From Bdellovibrionales bacterium (GTDB lineage Bacteria > Bdellovibrionota > Bdellovibrionia > Bdellovibrionales > JAGQZY01), in contig JBGSUL010000018.1 in assembly GCA_041736155.1 (NCBI GenBank), positions 2,066 through 66,065 on the forward strand: DNA of 64,000 bases, given 5' to 3'. The notes under the pieces are model-generated. The model ran no database searches. It was not told the DNA's origin and saw only the letters and a list, made by a program, of their open reading frames with translations. Position numbers and translations under genes: made by a program. This document shows, one piece after another, positions 36,131 to 46,151 of the stretch (positions are counted from its first letter, which is position 1; the number at the start of each line of letters is the position of its first letter).

Positions 36131-36517
36131 GTGATTTCTGAATATAAATTTTTAGACGTTTGTGAAGTTTGCGATAGCCGCGAACTTGATTTTGTTCTCT
36201 TTGACTTGAAAGCATTTAAGGAAAATTCGTACATTATTCGCGACATTCCAGGCTTTAGGTGCAGAGATTGTGGAGAGCTTCTTATATCAAATGGGGTGAT
36301 TGAGATTTTAGACGAAATTAAACCCATCAATTCAATTGTCGTAGAATTTCCCGTAAATCAGTATCAGAGCAAAATTATGAAGCTTCAAAAAATGGAACGT
36401 GAGATTGCAGAAAGGTACTTACACTCTTGGAATTTGATAAAGGAGGATGGTCGAGAGTTTTTAGAAAAAATAGGATTAAGAAGTATTGGTGACTGGCAGC
36501 AAATAGCAAATACCTAA
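36131..36517 (+). CDS. YgiT/MqsA-type zinc-ribbon protein
   Basis: CEVC...(F)RCRDCGE double CxxC arrangement. GTG start after a TAGGAG SD. Confidence 0.45.
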   Translation: MISEYKFLDVCEVCDSRELDFVLFDLKAFKENSYIIRDIPGFRCRDCGELLISNGVIEILDEIKPINSIVVEFPVNQYQSKIMKLQKMEREIAERYLHSWNLIKEDGREFLEKIGLRSIGDWQQIANT

Positions 36518-36533
36518 AAAAGGAGAAATTCTA

Positions 36534-37052
36534 ATGGAAGCAAAAAAACAAGAAACTAAACAGAAGATCGAAAAACAGGAAAACGTTGAAGTTAAGTTTG
36601 TTGACGTTTCAGTGAGTGTTTTAGGCGAAATGAAACAAAAGAAATTTGTAAAACTTGAGAAAGTTGGTTTTAGTCCAGAAAGAGGGAACATTTTTGTTCA
36701 TCTTGACGAAAGACACACGCTGTTGTTTAAAAACGGATTTTTGAAAAATTATTTAAAATACGACATCGAACAGGCCTCAGAAGTAGAAAAGTCCGTTATG
36801 AAAACCCCAACTTTTGGTGGGAAGGAACCTTCGGTCTCTAAAGTGCGTATGAAGGTCTTAGGAGAGAGTAACGATCGAAAGCGTACATTTGTCGGTCCAA
36901 TGGGTTCTGTGGAATATGATGCCCGCTATAAGGGTTTAAAAATCAATCTTGATAGTCAGCATATGACGATCATTGATGGTCAAACTTTAAGTAAAGAACT
37001 TGGAATTAAGATTGTTCCACAGAGTTTAGAAAAAAGTTCTCTTTCACGCTAG
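36534..37052 (+). CDS. hypothetical protein (no signal peptide)
   Basis: ORF track. AAAGGAG SD. No family recognised. Confidence 0.4.
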   Translation: MEAKKQETKQKIEKQENVEVKFVDVSVSVLGEMKQKKFVKLEKVGFSPERGNIFVHLDERHTLLFKNGFLKNYLKYDIEQASEVEKSVMKTPTFGGKEPSVSKVRMKVLGESNDRKRTFVGPMGSVEYDARYKGLKINLDSQHMTIIDGQTLSKELGIKIVPQSLEKSSLSR

Positions 37053-37062
37053 GAGCATTTAT

Positions 37063-37842
37063 ATGAATTTTTCGACTTTGATGAATAGAGCTGTTGTTCA
37101 ATTCTCGCCTCTTCGCGATGATCTTGTAGATTTTGTTAAAAAAGGAGCAAAACGCCGAGAAACGAAAATTAAACTCAAAGACTTAACAGAGGCAAGGCTT
37201 AAAAAGATTCCAAACTACATTGCCGTTGAAGTGGCAAAACAGAAGATCAGTCTCACAAAGGATGCCTTAATTGTAGGACTTTTGAGTTTGGTTTTAATCC
37301 TTATGTATTCGGTAACGAATCTTGCAAGCAAGATGGATGAACGAATCGTGGCTCTTATTCCAAGTCGAATTGAGAAAGCAACAGAGGTGCAGCCGAATCA
37401 GATTAGTCCGGCTGCACTTTACAGCAAACTTTCATCTTTTATCAGTTTGCTCGGCAATATCGACCATGGAAACGTTGATTTTAATTACGAAGTGCTGCGC
37501 GGTCTGATGTCTGACGAGTTAAAGGTTAAATTTTGGGCAGACTCCACCCAGCTCAGGAAAATTGTGAAAGAAAAAAGCATGAGTCAGACCATAAGCTACG
37601 ACATGAAGGATATGAGTGTTGGTAGCCGTGGGAAAACGATAAGCGCGCTGGTGAAAGTGAAGATCAAGCCCATGTATGGTGATGAGCTTGGGAAAATCCG
37701 TGAAGAATACATGCTTCTTGAGGGAACTGTTGTTGTGAAAAAAGAAGATAATTTTTGGGAGATTGAACTATTTAATCTTGAGCAAGGTCCGTTGAGCGAT
37801 ATTGCAAAAGTTAAACGTCGAATTGAAGGCGGCTTAGAATGA
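37063..37842 (+). CDS. traE: TraE-like bitopic T4SS protein
   Basis: Single TM LIVGLLSLVLILMYSV, followed by PAALYSKLSSFISLLGNIDHGNVD... as in F TraE. Synteny supports the call. Confidence 0.55.
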   Translation: MNFSTLMNRAVVQFSPLRDDLVDFVKKGAKRRETKIKLKDLTEARLKKIPNYIAVEVAKQKISLTKDALIVGLLSLVLILMYSVTNLASKMDERIVALIPSRIEKATEVQPNQISPAALYSKLSSFISLLGNIDHGNVDFNYEVLRGLMSDELKVKFWADSTQLRKIVKEKSMSQTISYDMKDMSVGSRGKTISALVKVKIKPMYGDELGKIREEYMLLEGTVVVKKEDNFWEIELFNLEQGPLSDIAKVKRRIEGGLE

Positions 37843-38624
37843 TGAATTTAATTCTACTTCTTTCATTATGTTTGGGTGCCTATGCAAAAGATCTACGATT
37901 TGGATCAAAGACTTTAAAAGTGTCAGTTCGTTGGGAAATGATTGACCCTATGAATCCATCTTTGGGGCTCAAGCCTACTTATTTGAGATTTACAAAGCCT
38001 GTATATCGTTTCGACAACATCACTTTGTTTTCGCTAGAAGCGGTGAAGAGCAGAAATGGTTCATCAGATTTTCGTGAATTTAAAATATTGCCGAGAAAAT
38101 CTCTTGGTCATCAAACTGTAGAGATTCAACTTCAGGATCGAACTCTTGTTACGGTGGATTTCTCTGTTTCAAGGGAAGAATCGACACCGTTATCGTATGA
38201 TTTTAAGCCTGAGAAAATACCTGACTTAAATGATTCGAGCGAAAGAGTTTATACAGATGTCGTTATAATGAAATCTATCCTTTTAGGGCATAATCTCTAT
38301 GGGTTTGAAAAGAAATCAGAAAAGGCTAATTTAGCTTGTGGCGATAGAAACGTAAAAGTCGAGGTAAGCAGTCATCTTGAGGGACATGGGTTTAAGATTT
38401 TTCAAGTAAAGGTCTTTAATCTTTCAAAAAAAGATTCTTATAGTTTTATTCCCGAAAGTGTTGGTTTTGAAAAAAGAGACTTTTCAAAATCCGAATTAAA
38501 GCATTTTGAAAAAGAAGCATTATTGCCGCAGAAAAATGCGATCGTGACGATTGTTGTAGATATAGGTGCAAACATTAATTTTCTGAAAATCTGTAAAATT
38601 GGATCTCAACTCAAAAAATCTTAA
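37839..38624 (+). CDS. traK: TraK-like (VirB9-class) periplasmic T4SS protein
   Basis: Signal peptide MMNLILLLSLCLGAYA. Position between the traE-like and traB-like genes. ATGA overlap. Confidence 0.5.
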   Translation: MMNLILLLSLCLGAYAKDLRFGSKTLKVSVRWEMIDPMNPSLGLKPTYLRFTKPVYRFDNITLFSLEAVKSRNGSSDFREFKILPRKSLGHQTVEIQLQDRTLVTVDFSVSREESTPLSYDFKPEKIPDLNDSSERVYTDVVIMKSILLGHNLYGFEKKSEKANLACGDRNVKVEVSSHLEGHGFKIFQVKVFNLSKKDSYSFIPESVGFEKRDFSKSELKHFEKEALLPQKNAIVTIVVDIGANINFLKICKIGSQLKKS

Positions 38625-38644
38625 GAGAATCTAAAGGAATTTTT

Positions 38645-39862
38645 ATGAATGAACTGAAAAAAAGATGTTCTCAAGCGACAGCTTTATTCAAAGAGTGGCT
38701 TGATGGAGATAAAAATAGAAAATATGTCTGTTTTGGGGGCATATTAATTGTACTCATTTTTCTAATGAGTGGTGGTGAAAAAGACGCAAGGTATGTTTTT
38801 AAAAACGACGATTTTAAGAAAATTTCTAAGAGCTCAACGGTAGACAATCCGTACCGCCATATTGCAGATGATAAGATGGCTCTTTTTGAAAAAGCTGAGA
38901 TGAGCATTAGAAAAGAAAATAAAGTCATTTTGACTGAAATGGAATCCATGCGGGAGAGTTTTCAAGAACTTTCGGCAAAACTGAATGATTTAGGTAAAAA
39001 GCCAAAAGATATCTCTGAGACTCAAAAGGAAGGAACGCCACCACTAGAAAACGTAAACTTTGGCGCAAGTCCGATTCAGTCCGTACCATCACTTGTTGAT
39101 TCAACACAGGAATCATCGACAAAGAAAGTATCAGTCCACGAAAAGAAACCAAAGTCTGGTCCTTACTCTGTTGTCTTCCCGGTTGAGGTGAAAGCAAACG
39201 ATGAAGAAAGCGGCGTTGTGATTGGAAAAGGTTCTAGGGCCTATGGGAAAGTCATCGGAGGTGCCGAAGTTCCAATGGGAGAGACTTATCCTGTTTTAAT
39301 ACAGCTCGATCATGCCTTTATAATGGCAAATAACAAAAAGGTAGATCTCAAAGGCTGTGTGCTGATCGCAAAGAGCGAGACTGTCTTTGCAACAGGTAAA
39401 ATGAAAATGGAACCTGATTCAATCACTTGTTATGGACCGAGCGGAAGTCATTTTACTCAGAATAAAATCAAAGGATGGTTTAATGACCCTAAAGACGACA
39501 ACTTTGGCATGAGCGCGGAACTTAAAACAAATGCTGGTAATAAATCCCTTGGGGTTTTCGGGCAGTCATTTGTCGAAGGGCTTGGTGCTGCAATTGAAAG
39601 AGGTTCTCGTTCTGTTGGTGGCCAAGGAGTTGATGTAAGAGCTGACGTTGTTCTTCAAAATAGTGGCCAACAGGCTGGAGTAAAAGCTGGACAACTTTTT
39701 ATGGAATATCTCAATGGGCTTAAACCTACTCTTAAAGTCACCTCTGGACGAGATACCTGGCTGATTCTTGGCTCAGATCTTGTAATCCCATATGAGTTTT
39801 TTAGAGAAAGGAAGGATCATGCGGATAAGAAAAATTCTAGCGTCGTTGATTTTATTAAGTAG
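38645..39862 (+). CDS. traB: TraB-like (VirB10-class) T4SS protein
   Basis: N-terminal TM YVCFGGILIVLIFLM, then a coiled coil and a Pro-rich linker. C-terminal LKGCVLIAKSE...ITCYGPSG...IKGWFNDPKDDNFGMSAEL resembles the TraB/VirB10 barrel region. Confidence 0.6.
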   Translation: MNELKKRCSQATALFKEWLDGDKNRKYVCFGGILIVLIFLMSGGEKDARYVFKNDDFKKISKSSTVDNPYRHIADDKMALFEKAEMSIRKENKVILTEMESMRESFQELSAKLNDLGKKPKDISETQKEGTPPLENVNFGASPIQSVPSLVDSTQESSTKKVSVHEKKPKSGPYSVVFPVEVKANDEESGVVIGKGSRAYGKVIGGAEVPMGETYPVLIQLDHAFIMANNKKVDLKGCVLIAKSETVFATGKMKMEPDSITCYGPSGSHFTQNKIKGWFNDPKDDNFGMSAELKTNAGNKSLGVFGQSFVEGLGAAIERGSRSVGGQGVDVRADVVLQNSGQQAGVKAGQLFMEYLNGLKPTLKVTSGRDTWLILGSDLVIPYEFFRERKDHADKKNSSVVDFIK

Positions 39863-40067
39863 TACGGCTTGCACGAGTTTTCCAGACAGTACACGAGAGC
39901 TTTGGAAAAGATCAGGTTACATGGACGATTCAAAACCACAGCAAAGTGTGTCTTTGGAAAGAAAAATCCAAAGGCATGAAAAAGTATATCTTGGAAAAAG
40001 AATTCTACCAAGTGGCGATGTTTTTGAGAATGGTACTATTTTAATCCTCATGGACAAGATCAACTAG
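39819..40067 (+). CDS. traV: TraV-like outer-membrane lipoprotein
   Basis: MRIRKILASLILLSSTAC lipobox from ATG 39819 after an AGGAAGGA SD. Position between the traB-like and traC-like genes. Confidence 0.5.
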   Translation: MRIRKILASLILLSSTACTSFPDSTRELWKRSGYMDDSKPQQSVSLERKIQRHEKVYLGKRILPSGDVFENGTILILMDKIN

Positions 40068-40079
40068 GGAGATAGGAAA

Positions 40080-42560
40080 ATGATTTTAAATAATTCATAC
40101 AATATAGTTTCGCATCTTCCGTATTTAGAATTTATGGATGATGAAAAAATATTTATTTTAAAAGATAAAAGTCTTGGCGTAATTTATTCGATAAGCTCGC
40201 TCGATCATGCCCCGATGACTTATGAGGACATTAAGGAATTTTCTGAAAGCTTTATTAATCTTATTGATTTACCACAAAACTGCGTTCTGCAGTTCTATAC
40301 CTTGAGAAGCCCCAAAAGCCAAAAGTCACTTCTAGAAGAAAATAAATTTTCACTAATAGCAGAGAGTAAAACAGCGCAGTTTTTTAATGAAAAGCGTATT
40401 GGGTTCTATCTGGATCGCTTAGAAAAACAGGAAGTTTTCGAGTCGAGACTCTATTTTTCAATTCGTTTTAGGTCAGAAAAAAACTATTCTTCATTTAGCA
40501 GTCATTTTTTGGAGAAAGATAATTTTTTATCTCATATTGAAGGTTTTGAGAAAAACAAAGAAGAGTTTGAAAAAGTTCTTTCAAGGCTTGAAGCTGTATC
40601 GCGCCTTAAATTGAGCAGGATTAATTCTTATGAGTTAAGGGAAATTTTTCAAAAGACATTTTTAAACCAAAAAAACAAAACACTTGCTCCGATTATTAAA
40701 AACATCCCATTGAGTGAGCAATTGTTGTTTGAGAGCGTAGCTTGTGATGAAAAAGGGCTCAATAAAGATCTTTATACAAGAACTGTAAGCTTTCTTGCTC
40801 CGGCAGAGCATTGCGAGGGCGATGGAATCAATTTTTTAAATATTAATTTTCCATCTACTGTTTCTTTACGAATCACCAAGCCTTTAAAATCCAGCGTTTC
40901 TCGAATTTTAGGAATAAAGGAATGGTGTACAAAGAATAGTTTTTCCTACAAGTCTAAAAAGCAGTTTGAGGAAATTCAAGAAACTAAGAAGAAAATCGCT
41001 CAAGAGGATACATGTCTCCACTTGTCCTGGAGTGTGACCGTGTTTGGTCGTACAGAGGAAGAGGCCACCAAGCGTGCAAATGCAGTAGTAGCTCTTGGCG
41101 TAGAAAAGTTTAAGTGTAACGGAATCATCGAGGATGATTGCGGTTTAGATATTTTTTTAAACAGCTTGCCGCTTTACTTTGATGAAAAATGTGAATGGGG
41201 TTCTCAGAGATTTATTCCTCTCCATAGAAGTGAAGTTTTATGTTTTTTGCCAGTGTTTGGTTCCTATCTTGGAGATCAGGACTCTTTACAAGTTTATGAG
41301 ACACGCGAAAGTAGTGTTTTTGGCTTCTCTCCGCTTTCTTCAAAAACATCTCAGCACAGTCTTTTTATCGGAGATACGGGGTCTGGAAAAAGTTTTTTAA
41401 TGAACAGTTGTCTTAATGCCGTGAAGCTACTTCCCGAAGAACCAATCGTATTTGTGTTTGACTATAATACGAGTCAAACGATGAATGCCAAACTTTATGG
41501 CGGTGAGATCAGTCGGTGTCAGATGGGTGAAACGCCAAGTGTGAATGTGTTTCGCGGCGTTTATGACGATAAGAAAATCAGTGTTCTTACAAACTGGATG
41601 TGCGAAGCGATTCGACTGACCTCACCTTCCTTTTTAATCGAAACTGAACATAAAGAAGCACTTTCGCAATCTGTAAGGCTTGCGTATAGCAAAAAACTAG
41701 AGTCGGAAAACACCACTTATGTTGAAGGCACATTGGTTCACACAAATAGCAGTCATCGAGTTTCGATCAATATGGACGATATTGCAGGAGAGCTATCTTA
41801 TCTACCAACTCAGAAGGGCTTTGAAAAGTACGATGGGATTGTAGAGGTTTTACTAAATAAACTACGTAGTTTTTATGGCAACGGTCTTTATGCGGATTAT
41901 TTTAGAAAAACTGACAACACTGATTCTTTTGATAAGAGATTCTACGTTGTCGATTTTGAGGGAATCAAAGACGACCCTGTTCTTTTAAGCCTCACAGTTG
42001 CAAGTGCATTTGAACAGGTCCGTCAGGTCAAACTTCGTCCAGAAAACGAAAGGAGACAGGTTATAGCGGTTTTAGACGAAATTGCGGAGCTTGGCAGATC
42101 TTGCCCTTTAATATCTGATTATTTTGTAAGCAAAGCTGAAACAAGCCGAAAGGATGCCTTTTGGATTTGGGGTGCCACAAACCGTCCAACAAACTTTTTT
42201 GAAGTACCAGTGTGTAAGGCTCTCCTGAGTGTTGTAACACACCTTTATGTGCTTCCAATGAGCCCAAAAAATGTTGAGCAGCTTGCAAGCGAAACTAAGA
42301 TCTTAAATATCGCTGATGTGGAAAACATTTTGTCCTTAAAAATCGAAAAAGGACAATTTGGAGAGTTTTACTACATTAGCACTGATGGACGAAAAAAGTA
42401 TGTCGGAAGAAATCGTCCCAATCGTTTTGAATACTGGCAAACACCGAGTAATGCCGAAGCCAGTCGTCTAGCATCAAAAATTTTAAAGAAAAACAATAAC
42501 GACGCTCTTAAAGCCATCTTTGAACTCGCTCATCTCGAAGAAGAGCCTAAAAAGGAGTAA
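40080..42560 (+). CDS. traC: TraC/VirB4-family T4SS ATPase
   Basis: 826 aa. Walker A FIGDTGSGKSFLMNS and Walker B IAVLDEIAEL. Confidence 0.85.
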   Translation: MILNNSYNIVSHLPYLEFMDDEKIFILKDKSLGVIYSISSLDHAPMTYEDIKEFSESFINLIDLPQNCVLQFYTLRSPKSQKSLLEENKFSLIAESKTAQFFNEKRIGFYLDRLEKQEVFESRLYFSIRFRSEKNYSSFSSHFLEKDNFLSHIEGFEKNKEEFEKVLSRLEAVSRLKLSRINSYELREIFQKTFLNQKNKTLAPIIKNIPLSEQLLFESVACDEKGLNKDLYTRTVSFLAPAEHCEGDGINFLNINFPSTVSLRITKPLKSSVSRILGIKEWCTKNSFSYKSKKQFEEIQETKKKIAQEDTCLHLSWSVTVFGRTEEEATKRANAVVALGVEKFKCNGIIEDDCGLDIFLNSLPLYFDEKCEWGSQRFIPLHRSEVLCFLPVFGSYLGDQDSLQVYETRESSVFGFSPLSSKTSQHSLFIGDTGSGKSFLMNSCLNAVKLLPEEPIVFVFDYNTSQTMNAKLYGGEISRCQMGETPSVNVFRGVYDDKKISVLTNWMCEAIRLTSPSFLIETEHKEALSQSVRLAYSKKLESENTTYVEGTLVHTNSSHRVSINMDDIAGELSYLPTQKGFEKYDGIVEVLLNKLRSFYGNGLYADYFRKTDNTDSFDKRFYVVDFEGIKDDPVLLSLTVASAFEQVRQVKLRPENERRQVIAVLDEIAELGRSCPLISDYFVSKAETSRKDAFWIWGATNRPTNFFEVPVCKALLSVVTHLYVLPMSPKNVEQLASETKILNIADVENILSLKIEKGQFGEFYYISTDGRKKYVGRNRPNRFEYWQTPSNAEASRLASKILKKNNNDALKAIFELAHLEEEPKKE

Positions 42561-42564
42561 TAGT

Positions 42565-42918
42565 ATGGATAATGTTGTACGCGATCTAAGAAATGATTTG
42601 AGAACGCTGAACTCAGTGAAAAACATCGCTGAGCGCGGAGATTTAACTTGTGTAAGTGAAATCCTAAAAAAACGAGGTGCTGACTCCTCTTTACGAAATG
42701 CTATTGAGGGTATTTTTCAATCAGCACTTAAAGACTATGTACGAGAAAACACGGGCGGAATGATGCAAGCTCATTCTATCTCAAGTCCCAATGAGATTTT
42801 AGACCAAGAGGAATTTGGAAAAAACTATTTCTGTCGAAAACTTCAAGACGAGATAGATAAAAAATCCACGATGATTATTGATCTCGAGTGTTTAGAACTT
42901 AACAGCATATACGGTTAG
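42565..42918 (+). CDS. hypothetical protein
   Basis: AAAAGGAG SD before in-frame ATG 42565 (MDNVVRDLRN...). No signal peptide. Confidence 0.35.
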   Translation: MDNVVRDLRNDLRTLNSVKNIAERGDLTCVSEILKKRGADSSLRNAIEGIFQSALKDYVRENTGGMMQAHSISSPNEILDQEEFGKNYFCRKLQDEIDKKSTMIIDLECLELNSIYG

Positions 42919-42925
42919 GAGTTTT

Positions 42926-43381
42926 ATGAAAAATGGATTAACGGATGACCAAAAAAAGGAACTGCGTTTTTTAAGACATCTTGTGACTGATGTGAAAGAG
43001 TTCGACATGGGAAAGTATAAGGCTCTGATTGGGGAGTATAAAACGCATGACCCTGAAATAAGTCAAATCTTAGAGCTTGGAAAATCAAGAGCTGATGAAC
43101 GTTACAGTGAGTTCTTAAACTCCAAGGTCTTAAAGCGCGGCTCTCTTCGCGCACTTGACGTTGATTTTTCAATAGCAGAAGAGAGTTCTGTTTTATCGAA
43201 AGTGACAGGTTTTTTACAAAAAACTCAAGTTAATGAAAAAGAGTACAAAATCAACTTTTTAAACAAGGCTCTCGTTGAAGCTACTCTTGAACGCGATCAT
43301 GTCATGCGGGAAAATTACAGAGCTTATGAAAAAGCTCTCGACATGAATTTAAAAAGACCAACTTTTAGTTTAAGTCGATAA
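42926..43381 (+). CDS. hypothetical protein
   Basis: ORF track. TAGGAG SD. Helical and charged, with no signal peptide. Confidence 0.35.
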   Translation: MKNGLTDDQKKELRFLRHLVTDVKEFDMGKYKALIGEYKTHDPEISQILELGKSRADERYSEFLNSKVLKRGSLRALDVDFSIAEESSVLSKVTGFLQKTQVNEKEYKINFLNKALVEATLERDHVMRENYRAYEKALDMNLKRPTFSLSR

Positions 43382-43390
43382 GGGAGCATT

Positions 43391-44680
43391 ATGCTGATAA
43401 GATTTTTACCTTTATTTATTTTCGTGTCTTGTTCAGAAGCATTTGCTGATTTTGATTATAGGGATTCTGTTCGTCTTGGTAGCCAAAATATGTATGATTT
43501 ATCAAAGCGTCGAGAAGGAAGTTTGCAAGAATACCGAATTGTTGATTTGTCGGCCTCGGTAGATGTGGGAAGTAATTGTGGTCAGATGAATGTTGGCGCA
43601 AATTTAAGAGCGAATATGAAGGAGTTTTTAAATGGAGATTTTTTTCAAGGTCTAGGGAATCAAATCACAGACGCAGGAGGTCTTCTCGCTCTTTGTTACT
43701 TGAGCCCCGCGATGTGCTCCATTACTAAAAACCTAAGAATCACAAGCGGACTGACCTCTGCAATGGATCTTGAAGCCTGTTCGTTGATTGAAAAGTATCA
43801 AGATCAACAGATTGCAGTGTATGAGCGTGAGCGAAGCCAGTGCGTAAGAAGTGAGCTTAAAAGAAATGGCAATAATGTTAAGGAAGCACTGAAATCATGT
43901 GGTGAAAATTCTTATGAGAACAAGCTTAAGGATTGGGCTGGTGGTGATGGTTTAGTTCCGATGAATCAACTTCTAGATTCTACGGCTAAATGGGCAGGTC
44001 TTGGTGGTGATGAAGCCATAAAAACGATTGAGCTCACCAAGGCATTTGTCGGGGACACTGTGATTGGTAAAGGTGGCGTTTCGGTCGATTTTGGTGCAAG
44101 AAACAGAATTTATACGCCAAGCGATCTTATCGAAGATGAAAGAAAGTTGATCGCTGAGAACATTCAAAACTATTTTCGGTATAATGAATTTTCCTCAAAT
44201 ATTGAAGATGATGATCTTGAAAAAATATTTCAGCAGAAAATTCCGTTGTCTGTTTCTAGAAATTTGATGCAAAAATTGTCATTTTTACCGAACCGAGATC
44301 GAGAGACTGCAATTTCAAAGGTATCAAAAGCCATTGCCACCCAAAGCGGTATTGAAAAGCTTGAGAAGAGCATGGAGCTTCTGTTGCTTGCGAGCCGTAA
44401 CCCAAATGTCCCAGACGCACAAAAACTAGAAGCAAAAAACTTGAGTGAACAACTTAAAAACTCTTTAGAGCTAAGTTTAAAAGTTAAAAATTCAGAGAAT
44501 GATTCATTTGAGAAGATATTAGCGCAAGTGTCTGACGAGAGCCAAAAATATGAGTCCTGGGAGTTTTCGGAAAAATTGAATGTGGAAAAAACAAATTTTG
44601 GCGAAAAGAGTCTGAAACAGGATTTTATGGATTGCTCGGATAATGTATTCTGTGCGGAGGCCGAGAATGTTCTCAATTAA
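43391..44680 (+). CDS. traH: TraH-like periplasmic T4SS protein
   Basis: Signal peptide. SVDVGSNCGQMNVGANL...FLNGDFFQGLGNQITDAGGLLALCYLSPAM...MDLEACSL parallels F TraH INAGCGGIDAYLGSFSFINGEQ...AAGYFFDLAL...MNLSSCQA. C-terminal coiled coil. Confidence 0.55.
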   Translation: MLIRFLPLFIFVSCSEAFADFDYRDSVRLGSQNMYDLSKRREGSLQEYRIVDLSASVDVGSNCGQMNVGANLRANMKEFLNGDFFQGLGNQITDAGGLLALCYLSPAMCSITKNLRITSGLTSAMDLEACSLIEKYQDQQIAVYERERSQCVRSELKRNGNNVKEALKSCGENSYENKLKDWAGGDGLVPMNQLLDSTAKWAGLGGDEAIKTIELTKAFVGDTVIGKGGVSVDFGARNRIYTPSDLIEDERKLIAENIQNYFRYNEFSSNIEDDDLEKIFQQKIPLSVSRNLMQKLSFLPNRDRETAISKVSKAIATQSGIEKLEKSMELLLLASRNPNVPDAQKLEAKNLSEQLKNSLELSLKVKNSENDSFEKILAQVSDESQKYESWEFSEKLNVEKTNFGEKSLKQDFMDCSDNVFCAEAENVLN

Positions 44681-46151
44681 TGCAGTTGGCGCATATTTTA
44701 TGTATATGGGTGGGTATTTCCACACCCGTCTTTGCCAGTTTTTAGCAAGTGACCTTTTAATAAGAAGTGTTTTGTCCTTCGTTTTTGGGCTCATGCTTTT
44801 AATCACGATTATCCAGTATTTTGGAAGGCAATCGGGAACGAATTTCTTTGGTTCTAATAACGTCAGTTTTACACAAATCTTTAAAGTAGTGGCGTGTTAC
44901 CTGTTGGCGCTTGCGATTTTAAAACCAAATACACCCGTGCGTATTAAGGATTTTGAGCGTCAAGATTTTTCGGGAAGTCGATATATTGCTGAAAGAATGA
45001 ACGGAGTTGATCCAGAAATTAACGTGAGCCTTCCAGCCGCTTTAATGATTAAAAGTGGCGAAGAGATCGGTTGGCTTTCGATGAAGCTCGTGGATCTCGT
45101 AATGGGTGGCACACATTCTTTCTCTGAGGCTCCGAATCTTTATTACAAAACCATGCTTTTAAGCTCCGCAAGCCAGATTGAGGATAGAAAATTAAGATCT
45201 AAAATGGAGCTTTATACCGTGGATTGTATTCGGCCACTTTTGCCTATGATTAAAGAAAACAAAGGCTCAGGGCTCTTCGGACAGGTGATTTCTTTTCAGG
45301 ATCAATTTTCGGAAGAGCTTGAGAAAATTAAGACCGCAGATGGTGCAAGTTGCAATTTTTTAAGGAAAGACATTCACGCTAACCTTTATAGTGAAATGAA
45401 GGTAAAAAGTGGTTGGCTTTCAAAGTTTTTCGATAAACTTAAACTCAGCCAAGGGACTCCTGGAATTGACACGATTACGAATCATCAAGTCTCCTCATCT
45501 CTATTAAACTACTATCGAGAAAAATACGAAGGCAGTTTAGGTGTGATGAACGGTGCGAAAATACCGGATATGTATGGTTCATTTTTTCAGCAGCTAGGGA
45601 AGTTTTTTAGCTTTGAGGGGCAGTTTAGATCAAAGGAAAATCTGCGATCTCTTGCAGGGTCTGGTGCCGCCATCGAGAGAGCTAAGGAGTTCAACGAGCA
45701 GCTTCGTATGGGTCCGATGGTACAAGGTCTTTGTAAAGGTGGGTTGATTGTTTTTAGTGCCCTATTCCCATTTTTTTGGGTGTTCATGCGCTGGCGAATT
45801 ACGATTTGGGTATGGGTGGTCTACGTTACAATTTGCCTTTGGCCGTCCATTTGGGCTGCTCTTTATAACTTAATTGGCGCTTTGTTCAATGTCCCTGTTC
45901 TTCTTGAAAGGCTGGGAAGCGGTAACGACACGTTTTCTTTACTCGCGGCTCAACAGATCAACGATCAGGTGTATTACGCATCTCAAGTCATCTACTGGGC
46001 TGCGGCTGTGGCCTGTCCGAGCCTTACTACATTGGTAGGTTTTTTCGGTGGTCAATGGCTGATGTCAGGTCGAGAAGATCATGCACCTATCGCAATACAA
46101 CAGGCTGCACAGACCACATCGACGGCTGTTCTTTTAGGTAAAAATATTTGA
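44667..46151 (+). CDS. traG: TraG N-terminal-domain-like polytopic membrane protein
   Basis: Multiple TM helices at both ends flank a periplasmic region. It is the last gene of the tra operon, after the traH-like gene as in F. It has only the N-domain length (about 495 aa). Start at ATG 44667. Confidence 0.5.
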   Translation: MFSINAVGAYFMYMGGYFHTRLCQFLASDLLIRSVLSFVFGLMLLITIIQYFGRQSGTNFFGSNNVSFTQIFKVVACYLLALAILKPNTPVRIKDFERQDFSGSRYIAERMNGVDPEINVSLPAALMIKSGEEIGWLSMKLVDLVMGGTHSFSEAPNLYYKTMLLSSASQIEDRKLRSKMELYTVDCIRPLLPMIKENKGSGLFGQVISFQDQFSEELEKIKTADGASCNFLRKDIHANLYSEMKVKSGWLSKFFDKLKLSQGTPGIDTITNHQVSSSLLNYYREKYEGSLGVMNGAKIPDMYGSFFQQLGKFFSFEGQFRSKENLRSLAGSGAAIERAKEFNEQLRMGPMVQGLCKGGLIVFSALFPFFWVFMRWRITIWVWVVYVTICLWPSIWAALYNLIGALFNVPVLLERLGSGNDTFSLLAAQQINDQVYYASQVIYWAAAVACPSLTTLVGFFGGQWLMSGREDHAPIAIQQAAQTTSTAVLLGKNI

